In this document: positions 29,301 to 31,751 of the stretch, piece after piece | Position numbering within the stretch: the first letter of the stretch is position 1 | Layout of the letters: every line of letters starts with the position of its first letter | NCBI GenBank assembly: GCA_016906335.1 | Contig: JADEYG010000003.1 | Span: 1,612,001 to 1,676,000, forward strand | Direction of reading: 5' to 3' | Source of the DNA: Novakomyces olei | Lineage: Eukaryota | Length of the DNA stretch: 64,000 nucleotides | Notes under the pieces: generated by a model | The model's database searches: none | Seen by the model: the letters and a program-made list of their open reading frames with translations, nothing else | What the model was told of the DNA's origin: nothing | Translations under genes and position numbers: made by a program

Positions 29301-29979
29301 CTGGTTTCGATCCTGTTCTTACCATTTTATTCTTAGGGTCAATATTTTGAGTCCCAGCTTTTTGGGCAGGCTTTCCTCGCTGTCTGTCATTGGGATATTT
29401 ATCGCTTCTGTGTGCATTAGTAGTCGATTTAGATTCTGGATCTTTGTCAGTGCTTCCGATTAAACTTGGTTTAATCTTGTCCTCTCCAAATGGCCCTTTT
29501 TGCCCGCTATCACGATCTTTACGATTATCATTCGCTTGATAATTATGTGGCGCTTCTGTTTTGTAGACTTGTATGTGCTTGCGGCTACCAGACTCATCTG
29601 GTTTTCTAAAGGGATCTTTGGCTTTTGAGTTTGGTTTTTTGACCTCGTTTGAGTAGGGATAGCGCAGTTTAGATAACACTTTCCTGGTGGCGCCATACGG
29701 TTTGACTTTTGTGAATTTGGTTTGATTGCGGATTGTGTGATTGCTGGAACTTGAATTGGACAATGAATTGTTTGCGCCAAATGTTTTATTCCAATAACGC
29801 TTTGGTCCAAAGGTATAATTGGAAATTGGCCCATTTATCTTAAATGGGCGCTTTGGAAACGGAAAGCTTTGGGCGGTTTTGTGCACTCGGTCGGCTGTTA
29901 CGGTTAGATGTGGACTCTTACCTGTCTGCAGAAGCCGCAGCAATACTATTGATGCCACAAGCCAAAACAGACTTTTCAT
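1..29979 (-). CDS. Giant secreted/cell-surface Ser-rich repeat glycoprotein (mucin/adhesin-like), >=9,993 aa, 3' end beyond the window
   Basis: ATG at 29979 gives MKSLFWLVASIVLLRLLQT (signal-peptide-like). I read this frame codon by codon from 29979 to ~26300 with no stop. It continues in register into the array (FNSSQSALSPLHSALNRSTES) and is still in register at base 1. Array units are multiples of 3; not every unit was checked individually. Confidence 0.9.
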   Translation of the reverse strand, partial: MKSLFWLVASIVLLRLLQTGKSPHLTVTADRVHKTAQSFPFPKRPFKINGPISNYTFGPKRYWNKTFGANNSLSNSSSSNHTIRNQTKFTKVKPYGATRKVLSKLRYPYSNEVKKPNSKAKDPFRKPDESGSRKHIQVYKTEAPHNYQANDNRKDRDSGQKGPFGEDKIKPSLIGSTDKDPESKSTTNAHRSDKYPNDRQRGKPAQKAGTQNIDPKNKMVRTGSKPVGKELDDGTIGSEKPNKNQPISTQGNGNKEKSFGKFQEDEESAGADTSENKQDFLAEKEGGKNERYQNYRPQKDDPRFGILEDQHRDGDGVKIDNDLKKNHDPINSNKNNNINDNDLSHENGLENKETRDRTNDRDSNGDGVKIDNDLKKNHDPIISNKNNNNNDIDVIHENDLENKETPDKTNDRNIDIAIDHFLGNDNVSASEQNFMVENNSNPSSKTQDSAFDFKGPEKLSDNKNTYNYQAKADWQSLNSQTPEPKANEKPEQSKKVDTSKAEILKSFDTTTSAGHTYSPGHFVYKGNTPPMYASDEHWHPKTDHRFDDQHTEALHSSPRPGINEAKKETLPTVSNVDEAAAVVLKKPKTLNFNTGSSRPSTNQNAHNTQEVAVPLSRVATSTITAKTVKKPNITTSYTTSSEPKANNWYESGNTVDNTAIATEKSVENANLGTKIETRNRDVGDSLQFPQSSMASDIYTKAIRSPAGPAISSPNHPDQQSLTVVTSGESAKTAKAIGTKLSGSRLHTDSKGSSEDIRSSALDAPNPPYPLATDAAVSLNTGNQGLYNNPKRINNITTKTYGGAEKDAEAAADHGSSRENSINGNNELWLGRPSGPESQAVWTTGETSDWLDFEQTGNKSEERVDVELDPNPVEKALKSHGGNSTLTPLTSATASSITVEKDAKAGISNLAIDLPLTEHILGPTNSSTETTLGSVPESKVNTRPDGTGRANSIQETTVHDFIPTKAVSAAVLKNLSLANQPTKPHRNSSTAIEPGLSVQASLGGMLNASSKTVSVDALSAVIRHNADNLNESFSIGSTGILSLPFIGKKANLKTESIKSPLTSVINNYWPNANVSNMLSGVSTTISFGHNSKSTLESISAQSLLGSEKIASMRNMTYAFISPMTIAVISTPSVTHKASMSFSLEYLETSSPHLIGNKENSTALMSPTTIITGQSQKLFSSSKTEFSLATHGVDETNGSSNMLKTGISPQQSALNRSSPTTKLADQSEEGFNPTLNRSSPTTKLTDQSKVSFNFLQSGLSPLESEVNKPIPATTLSDQSKEGFNSAFNRSGPTTKLADQSKEGFNSALNRSSPTTELADQELADQELADQSVEGFNSTLTRSCPTTKLADQSKVSFNSLQRGLSPLQSALNKPTESFNFSRTGLSPLQSALNKSTESFNSSQSALSPLHSALNKSTESFNSSQTGLSPLHSALNKSTESFNFSRTGLSPLQSALNKSTESFNSSQTRLSPLHSALNKSTESFNSSQTGLSPLHSALNKSTESFNFSRTGLSPLQSALNKSTESFNSSQSALSPLHSALNKSTESFNSSQTGLSPLHSALNKSTESFNSSQTGLSPLHSALNRSTESFNSSQSALSPLQTALNKSSRATTLANQSKKSFNSSTSASSPLRSALNRSTESFNSSQSALSPLHSALNKSTESFNSLQRGLRPLHSALNKSSRATTLANQSKKSFNSSQSALSPLHSALNKSTESFNSSQTGLSPLHSALNKSTESFNSSQTGLSPLHSALNKSTESFNFSRTGLSPLQSALNKSTESFNSLQSALSSLHSALNKSSRATTLANQSKKSFNSSTSALSPLHTALNRSTESFSSSQTGLSPLHSALNKSRESFNSSQTGLSPLHSALNRSTESFNSSQSALSPLHSALNRSTESFNSSQSALSPLQSALNRSTESFSSSQSALSPLQSALNKSSSAESLAGQSKKSFNSSTSALSPLHSALNKSRESFNSSQTGLSPLHSALNKSRESFNSSQSALSPLHSALNRSTESFNSSQSALSPLHSALNRSTESFNSSQSALSPLQSALNKSSRATTLADQSKKSFNSSTSASSPLHSALNRSTESFNSSQSALSPLHSALNRSTDSFNSSQSALSPLHSALNRSTESFSSSQTGLSPLHSALNKSSRATTLADQTKKSFNSSTSALSPLHSALNRSTESSNSSQTGLSPLHSALNKSRESFNSSQTGLSPLHSALNRSTESFNSSQSALSPLHSALNRSTESFNSSQSALSPLQSALNRSTESFSSSQSALSPLQSALNKSSSAESLAGQSKKSFNSSTSALSPLHSALNKSRESFNSSQTGLSPLHSALNKSRESFNSSQSALSPLHSALNRSTESFNSSQSALSPLHSALNRSTESFNSSQSALSPLQSALNKSSRATTLANQSKKSFNSSTSALSPLHSALNKSTESFNSSQTGLSPLQSALNKSTESFNSSQTGLRPLHSALNKSTESFNSSQTGLSPLQSELNKSNSAESLAGQSKKSFNSSTSALSPLQSALNKSTESFNSSQSALSPLHSALNKSTESFNSLQSALSSLHSALNKSSRATTLANQSKKSFNSSTSALSPLHTALNRSTESFSFSQTGLSPLHSALNKSRESFNSSQTGLSPLHSALNRSTESFNSSQSALSPLHSALNRSTESFNSSQSALSPLQSALNRSTESFSSSQSALSPLQSALNKSSSAESLAGQSKKSFNSSTSALSPLHSALNKSRESFNSSQTGLSPLHSALNKSRESFNSSQSALSPLHSALNRSTESFNSSQSALSPLHSALNRSTESFNSSQSALSPLQSALNKSSRATTLADQSKKSFNSSTSASSPLHSALNRSTESFNSSQSALSPLHSALNKSTESFNSSQSALSPLHSALNRSTESFNSSQSALSPLQSALNRSTESFSSSQTGLSPLHSALNKSSRATTLADQTKKSFNSSTSALSPLHSALNKSTESFNSSQSALSPLHSALNRSTESFNSSQSALSPLQSALNRSTESFSFSQTGLSPLHSALNKSRESFNSSQTGLSPLHSALNRSTESFNSSQSALSPLHSALNRSTESFNSSQSALSPLQSALNRSTESFSSSQTGLSPLHSALNKSSRATTLADQTKKSFNSSTSALSPLHSALNRSTESSNSSQTGLSPLKSALNRSTESFNSSQTGLSPLQSALNRSTESFNSSSSASSPLHSALNRSTESFNSSQTGLSPLHSALNRSTESFSSSQTGLSPLHSALNKSSRATTLANQSKKSFNSSTSASSPLHSALNRSTESFNSSQSALSPLHSALNRSTDSFNSSQSALSPLHSALNRSTESFSSSQTGLSPLHSALNKSSRATTLADQTKKSFNSSTSALSPLHSALNRSTESSNSSQTGLSPLKSALNRSTESFISSQTGLSPLHSALNKSSRATTLADQTKKSFNSSTSALSPLHSALNKSSRATTLADQTKKSFNSSTSALSPLQSALNKSTESFNSSQTGLRPLHSALNKSTESFNSSQTGLSPLDSALNKSRESFNSSQTGLSPLQSELNKSSSAESLAGQSKKSFNSSTNALSPLQSALNKSTESFNSSQSALSPLQSTLNKSTESFNSSQSALSPLQSALNKSSRATTLANQSKKSFNSSTSALSSLHSALNKSTESLNSSQTGLSPLQSTLNKSSESFNSSQTRLSPLHSALNKSSRATTLADQTKKSFNSSTSALSPLQSALNKSSRATTLADQTKKSFNSSTSALSPLHSALNKSRESFNSSQTGLSPLHSALNKSRESFNSSQSALSPLHSALNRSTESFNSSQSALSPLHSALNRSTESFNSSQSALSPLQSALNKSSRATTLADQTKKSFNSSTSALSPLHTALNRSTESFNSSQSALSPLHSALNRSTESFNSSQTGLSPLHSALNRSTESFNSSQSALSPLHSALNRSTESFNSSQSALSPLQSALNRSTESFSSSQSALSPLQSALNKSSSAESLAGQSKKSFNSSQTGLSPLHSALNKSRESFNSSQTGLRPLHSALNKSTESFNSSQTGLSPLHSALNKSSRATTLADQTKKSFNSSTSALSPLHSALNRSTESSNSSQTGLSPLKSALNRSTESFNSSQTGLSPLQSALNRSTESFNSSSSASSPLHSALNRSTESFNSSQTGLSPLHSALNRSTESFSSSQTGLSPLHSALNKSSRATTLANQSKKSFNSSTSALSPLHTALNRSTESFNSSQSALSPLKSALNRSTESFISSQTGLSPLHSALNKSSRATTLANQSKKSFNSSTSALSPLHTALNRSTESFSSSQTGLRPLHSALNKSTESFNSSQTGLRPLQSALNKSTESFNSLQRGLRPLHSALNRSTESFNSSQSALSPLHSALNKSTESFNSLQSALSSLHSALNKSSRATTLANQSKKSFNSSTSALSPLHTALNRSTESFSFSQTGLSPLHSALNKSRESFNSSQTGLSPLHSALNRSTESFNSSQSALSPLHSALNRSTESFNSSQSALSPLQSALNRSTESFSSSQSALSPLQSALNKSSSAESLAGQSKKSFNSSTSALSPLHSALNKSRESFNSSQTGLSPLHSALNKSRESFNSSQSALSPLHSALNRSTESFNSSQSALSPLHSALNRSTESFNSLQRGLRPLHSALNKSTESFNSSQTGLSTLHSALNRSTESFNSSQSALSPLHSALNRSTESFNSSQSALSPLQSALNKSSRATTLADQSKKSFNSSTSASSPLHSALNRSTESFNSSQSALSPLHSALNRSTDSFNSSQSALSPLHSALNRSTESFSSSQTGLSPLHSALNKSSRATTLADQTKKSFNSSTSALSPLHSALNRSTESSNSSQTGLSPLKSALNRSTESFISSQTGLSPLHSALNKSSRATTLADQTKKSFNSSTSALSPLHSALNKSSRATTLADQTKKSFNSSTSALSPLQSALNKSTESFNSSQTGLRPLHSALNKSTESFNSSQTGLSPLDSALNKSRESFNSSQTGLSPLQSELNKSSSAESLAGQSKKSFNSSTNALSPLQSALNKSTESFNSSQSALSPLQSTLNKSTESFNSSQSALSPLQSALNKSSRATTLANQSKKSFNSSTSALSSLHSALNKSTESLNSSQTGLSPLQSTLNKSSESFNSSQTRLSPLHSALNKSSRATTLANQSKKSFNSSTSALSPLHSALNKSTESFNSSQTGLSPLQSALNKSTESFNSSQTGLRPLHSALNKSTESFNSSQTGLSPLQSELNKSNSAESLAGQSKKSFNSSTSALSPLHTALNRSTESFNSSQSALSPLHSALNRSTESFNSSQTGLRPLHSALNKSRESFNSSQTGLRPLHSALNKSTESFNSSQTGLRPLQSALNKSTESFNSLQRGLRPLHSALNRSTESFNSSQSALSPLHSALNKSTESFNSLQSALSSLHSALNKSSRATTLANQSKKSFNSSTSALSPLHTALNRPTESFSSSQTGLSPLHSALNKSRESFNSSQTGLSPLHSALNRSTESFNSSQSALSPLHSALNRSTESFNSSQSALSPLQSALNKSSSAESLAGQSKKSFNSSTSALSPLHSALNKSRESFNSSQTGLSPLHSALNKSRESFNSSQSALSPLHSALNRSTESFNSSQSALSPLHSALNRSTESFNSSQSALSPLQSALNKSSRATTLADQSKKSFNSSTSASSPLHSALNRSTESFNSSQTGLRPLHSALNKSRESFNSSQTGLRPLHSALNKSTESFNSSQTGLRPLQSALNKSTESFNSLQRGLRPLHSALNRSTESFNSSQSALSPLHSALNKSTESFNSLQSALSSLHSALNKSSRATTLANQSKKSFNSSTSALSPLHTALNRPTESFSSSQTGLSPLHSALNKSRESFNSSQTGLSPLHSALNRSTESFNSSQSALSPLHSALNRSTESFNSSQSALSPLQSALNKSSSAESLAGQSKKSFNSSTSALSPLHSALNKSRESFNSSQTGLSPLHSALNKSRESFNSSQSALSPLHSALNRSTESFNSSQSALSPLHSALNRSTESFNSSQSALSPLQSALNKSSRATTLADQSKKSFNSSTSASSPLHSALNRSTESFNSSQSALSPLQSALNKSSSAESLAGQSKKSFNSSTSALSPLHSALNKSRESFNSSQTGLSPLHSALNKSRESFNSSQSALSPLHSALNRSTESFNSSQSALSPLHSALNRSTESFNSSQSALSPLQSALNKSSRATTLADQSKKSFNSSTSASSPLHSALNRSTESFNSSQSALSPLHSALNRSTDSFNSSQSALSPLHSALNRSTESFSSSQTGLSPLHSALNKSSRATTLADQTKKSFNSSTSALSPLHSALNRSTESSNSSQTGLSPLKSALNRSTESFNSSQTGLSPLQSALNRSTESFNSSSSASSPLHSALNRSTESFNSSQTGLSPLHSALNRSTESFSSSQTGLSPLHSALNKSSRATTLANQSKKSFNSSTSALSPLHTALNRSTESFNSSQSALSPLHSALNRSTESFNSSQSALSPLQSALNKSSRATTLADQSKKSFNSSTSASSPLHSALNRSTESFNSSQTGLRPLHSALNKSRESFNSSQTGLRPLHSALNKSTESFNSSQTGLRPLQSALNKSTESFNSLQRGLRPLHSALNRSTESFNSSQSALSPLHSALNKSTESFNSLQSALSSLHSALNKSSRATTLANQSKKSFNSSTSALSPLHTALNRPTESFSSSQTGLSPLHSALNKSRESFNSSQTGLSPLHSALNRSTESFNSSQSALSPLHSALNRSTESFNSSQSALSPLQSALNKSSSAESLAGQSKKSFNSSTSALSPLHSALNKSRESFNSSQTGLSPLHSALNKSRESFNSSQSALSPLHSALNRSTESFNSSQSALSPLHSALNRSTESFNSSQSALSPLQSALNKSSRATTLADQSKKSFNSSTSASSPLHSALNRSTESFNSSQSALSPLQSALNKSSSAESLAGQSKKSFNSSTSALSPLHSALNKSRESFNSSQTGLSPLHSALNKSRESFNSSQSALSPLHSALNRSTESFNSSQSALSPLHSALNRSTESFNSSQSALSPLQSALNKSSRATTLADQSKKSFNSSTSASSPLHSALNRSTESFNSSQSALSPLHSALNRSTDSFNSSQSALSPLHSALNRSTESFSSSQTGLSPLHSALNKSSRATTLADQTKKSFNSSTSALSPLHSALNRSTESSNSSQTGLSPLKSALNRSTESFNSSQTGLSPLQSALNRSTESFNSSSSASSPLHSALNRSTESFNSSQTGLSPLHSALNRSTESFSSSQTGLSPLHSALNKSSRATTLANQSKKSFNSSTSALSPLHTALNRSTESFNSSQSALSPLHSALNRSTESFNSSQTGLRPLHSALNKSRESFNSSQTGLRPLHSALNKSTESFNSSQTGLRPLQSALNKSTESFNSLQRGLRPLHSALNKSTESFNSSQTGLSTLHSALNRSTESFNSSQSALSPLQSALNRSTESFISSQTGLSPLHSALNKSSRATTLADQTKKSFNSSTSALSPLHSALNKSSRATTLADQTKKSFNSSTSALSPLQSALNKSTESFNSSQTGLRPLHSALNKSTESFNSSQTGLSPLDSALNKSRESFNSSQTGLSPLQSELNKSSSAESLAGQSKKSFNSSTNALSPLQSALNKSTESFNSSQSALSPLQSTLNKSTESFNSSQSALSPLQSALNKSSRATTLANQSKKSFNSSTSALSSLHSALNKSTESLNSSQTGLSPLQSTLNKSSESFNSSQTRLSPLHSALNKSSRATTLANQSKKSFNSSTSALSPLHSALNKSTESFNSSQTGLSPLQSALNKSTESFNSSQTGLRPLHSALNKSTESFNSSQTGLSPLQSELNKSNSAESLAGQSKKSFNSSTSALSPLQSALNKSTESFNSLQSALSPLQSALNKSSRATTLANQSKKSFNSSTSALSPLHTALNRSTESFNSSQSALSPLHSALNRSTESFNSSQTGLRPLHSALNKSRESFNSSQTGLRPLHSALNKSTESFNSSQTGLRPLQSALNKSTESFNSLQRGLRPLHSALNRSTESFNSSQSALSPLHSALNKSTESFNSLQSALSSLHSALNKSSRATTLANQSKKSFNSSTSALSPLHTALNRSTESFSSSQTGLSPLHSALNKSRESFNSSQTGLSPLHSALNRSTESFNSSQSALSPLHSALNRSTESFNSSQSALSPLQSALNRSTESFSSSQSALSPLQSALNKSSSAESLAGQSKKSFNSSTSALSPLHSALNKSRESFNSSQTGLSPLHSALNKSRESFNSSQSALSPLHSALNRSTESFNSSQSALSPLHSALNRSTESFNSSQSALSPLQSALNKSSRATTLADQSKKSFNSSTSASSPLHSALNRSTESFNSSQSALSPLHSALNRSTDSFNSSQSALSPLHSALNRSTESFSSSQTGLSPLHSALNKSSRATTLADQTKKSFNSSTSALSPLHSALNRSTESSNSSQTGLSPLKSALNRSTESFNSSQTGLSPLQSALNRSTESFNSSSSASSPLHSALNRSTESFNSSQTGLSPLHSALNRSTESFSSSQTGLSPLHSALNKSSRATTLANQSKKSFNSSTSALSPLHTALNRSTESFNSSQSALSPLHSALNRSTESFNSSQTGLRPLHSALNKSRESFNSSQTGLRPLHSALNKSTESFNSSQTGLRPLHSALNKSTESFNSSQSALSTLHSALNRSTESFNSSQSALSPLQSALNRSTESFISSQTGLSPLHSALNKSSRATTLADQTKKSFNSSTSALSPLHSALNKSSRATTLADQTKKSFNSSTSALSPLHSALNRSTESFNSSTSASSPLHSALNRSTESFNSSQSALSPLHSALNRSTESFNSSQTGLRPLHSALNKSRESFNSSQTGLRPLHSALNRSTESFNSSQSALSPLQSALNKSSRATTLANQSKKSFNSSTSALSPLHTALNRSTESFNSLQSALSPLQSALNRSTESFNSSQSALSPLNSALNRSTESFSSSQTGLSPLHSALNKSSRATTLADQTKKSFNSSTSALSPLHSALNRSTESFNSSTSASSPLHSALNRSTESFNSSQSALSPLHSALNKSTESFNSSQSALSPLHSALNRSTESFISSQTGLSPLHSALNKSSRATTLADQTKKSFNSSTSALSPLHSALNKSSRATTLADQTKKSFNSSTSALSPLHSALNRSTESFNSSTSASSPLHSALNRSTESFNSSQSALSPLHSALNKSSRATTLADQSKKSFNSSTSALSPLHSALNKSTESFNSSQSALSPLQSALNRSTESFSSSQSALSPLQSALNKSSSAESLAGQSKKSFNLSTSALSPLHSALNKSRESFNSSQTGLRPLQSALNKSTESFNSSQTGLSPLESALNRSTESFNSSQTELRPLHSALNKSTESFNSSQTGLSSLQSELNKSSSAESLAGQSKKSFNSSTSALSPLQSALNKSTESFNSLQSALSPLQSALNKSSRATTLANQSKKSFNSSTSALSPLQSALNKSTESFNSSQSALSSLQSALNKSSSAESLAGQSKKSFNLSTSALSPLHSALNKSRESFNSSQTGLRPLQSALNKSTESFNSSQTGLSPLQSALNRSTESFSSSQSALSPLQSALNKSSSAESLAGQSKKSFNLSTSALSPLHSALNKSRESFNSSQTGLSPLQSALNKSTESFSSSQSALSPLQSALNKSSSAESLAGQSKKSFNSSTSALSPLHSALNKSRESFNSSQTGLSPLQSALNRSTESFNSSSSASSPLHSALNMSTESFNSSQSALSPLHSALNKSTESFNSSQTGLRPLHSALNKSTESFNSSQTGLSSLQSELNKSSSAESLAGQSKKSFNSSTSALSPLQSALNKSTESFNSLQSALSPLQSALNKSSGATTLANQSKKSFNSSTSALSPLHSALNRSTESFNSSTSASSPLHSALNRSTESFNSSQSALSPLHSALNRSTESFNSSQTGLSPLHSALNKSSRATTLADQTKKSFNSSTSALSPLHSALNKSTESFNSSQSALSPLQSALNRST
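28745..29040. repeat. Two-copy 153-bp (51-aa) internal duplication in the N-terminal region of the giant protein
   Basis: CGATCGTTTGTC starts at 28745 and 28898. It encodes DGVKIDNDLKKNHDPIxSNKNNN...ENKETxDxTNDR twice. Confidence 0.9.
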
Positions 29980-30682
29980 GATTTATTCCTGACGCATCTG
30001 GTGGCGAAAAGAAAATTTATAGAACCGAGTAAAGGTTTCGTTGATGCTTTTCCGGTTTAAAGTGAAATCCTGGATACATTTGATCCAATCTCTGGCTTTG
30101 TCCGAACGGTCAACAACCTGATGGAAATAGGTCTGTGAACAATGATCAAGCAGGCATAACAAATATTCGAATGGCTGAATGAGCGAGCACCCAATGATAC
30201 AAGAAATGAAATGAAAAAGCAGTTACATGTATGAGAACATTGGTCTGGACAAGTGCATTTAGTCCGGAGTGCCCTTGCTTGAAATCTATTTTTGATTATT
30301 TTTCCTTTCTATTTTCTTCCCCTTTTATTTTCCCCTTTCTTAATAGATTTAGTTTGTTTAAGCTAGCTACGTATAGCGGGTTCAATTACAAATTACGCCC
30401 TTTGTCGCAATAAACCAGCTTTGTACAGGTCAGTCGCACATTTAAGGGATTTTCTACCATTTGTGGTTTAAGGTCAAGCATGGTTCTGGTGTTTAAAGAC
30501 GTCTCGCTATCCCTATTTAAGTATAGTTCCGTTACTTTGACCTCCGACTCGGTCGGTTATCCCATATTTTATGAATAATTCCATAAGACATGTCTCAGAA
30601 CTTTTTTTAATTTATTAACAAAAATAATAAAATTTAAAACTAAAATTTTAATTTTCTTTTGTCTTATTTACTTAAATACTAA

Positions 30683-30685
<3 letters not shown>

Positions 30686-30730
<45 letters not shown>
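30686..30730. repeat. (TAT)n microsatellite
   Basis: About 14-15 consecutive TAT units, seen directly. Confidence 0.95.
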
Positions 30731-31316
30731 TGGGCACTGGGTACAGCCACGGGTCCCTGGCACTCGGTTTGCATTGTCCCAGTTGAAACTGATCTACATC
30801 TAACCATCACGTACAATACCAAAAGCCAATGGCGTGTAACGTATAATTAAAAAAGTTTCACTGGCAATCAGACAAGGCCAGATATTTTTGTACGAAGCGT
30901 AGGAGACCGTACAGTTTGCCTGCGGTCCAAACGAGACGTTGTTGTAAGCAAGTACGCAGGGATGCCATAGAATAAGGTTGTGTTATCAGTGCTGTATCTT
31001 AGTAGATCAGACTCATATTCCTGAAGACGCGTCCACAGTGTACGACTTTTGGGTAAAAACTGTATCTACTATATAATATCGATTGCCACTGAATGATTGA
31101 CCTTTTGAATCATTGTACCTATACACTTTAACCTACTGCTAATCAATGTGAATACTCTATTCAAAAGCATACACCACTCGACACTGTAATCTGACTCTGA
31201 AAAAATTAAAAGGCAGCTGAGCGAGCAGACCATTTATGGCAATTAAACAGCGTCAAACACATCCCGGCGCGATTGATCTGCGGCCCTGTCGGCAGATGAA
31301 TATGCTTTGTGCACGT

Positions 31317-31482
31317 CAGCATTAAAATCCGCACCGTATTATTACTACAGAGCACCAGCAATGAAATCCCCACCATAGAGCTCCAGCAATAAAACCGCAG
31401 TATATTAATACTACGGAGCACCAGCAATAAAATCATACTATATTAACTGTACGCCCGTCAGTAATAAAAATCGCACTATATT
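31317..31482. repeat. Degenerate ~30-40 bp minisatellite (CAGCAATAAAA..C..TAT..TACT)
   Basis: About five imperfect copies starting CAGCA(A/T)T(A/G)AAA or CAGTAATAAAA, upstream of the ankyrin gene. Confidence 0.6.
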
Positions 31483-31751
31483 ATGTAAACCCTGTTGCAC
31501 GCACATTCGCTATGGCAGGCAGGCACCAGCGATCAAACACGGCCACGCTTACAAGTAACCAGGACGAGCGTATAGTGTGTGAGCGATGGCGCAAAAGTCC
31601 GTATGAGCGAGCGATAGACTGACAGCCTACTGATCCTCGATCAACAGGCGAACTGCCGCCTGCTCGCAGCAGGTGGCTTCAGTATTCAGTTTCCCACGTT
31701 TTGTCTTGAGGCGTGGCAATAGTAGACAGTGGCAATATTACACAGCTGGCC

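Noticed and set aside
26552-29834. Short ORFs in the ORF track
   Set aside because: They are alternative-frame or antisense fragments overlapping the giant minus-strand CDS.
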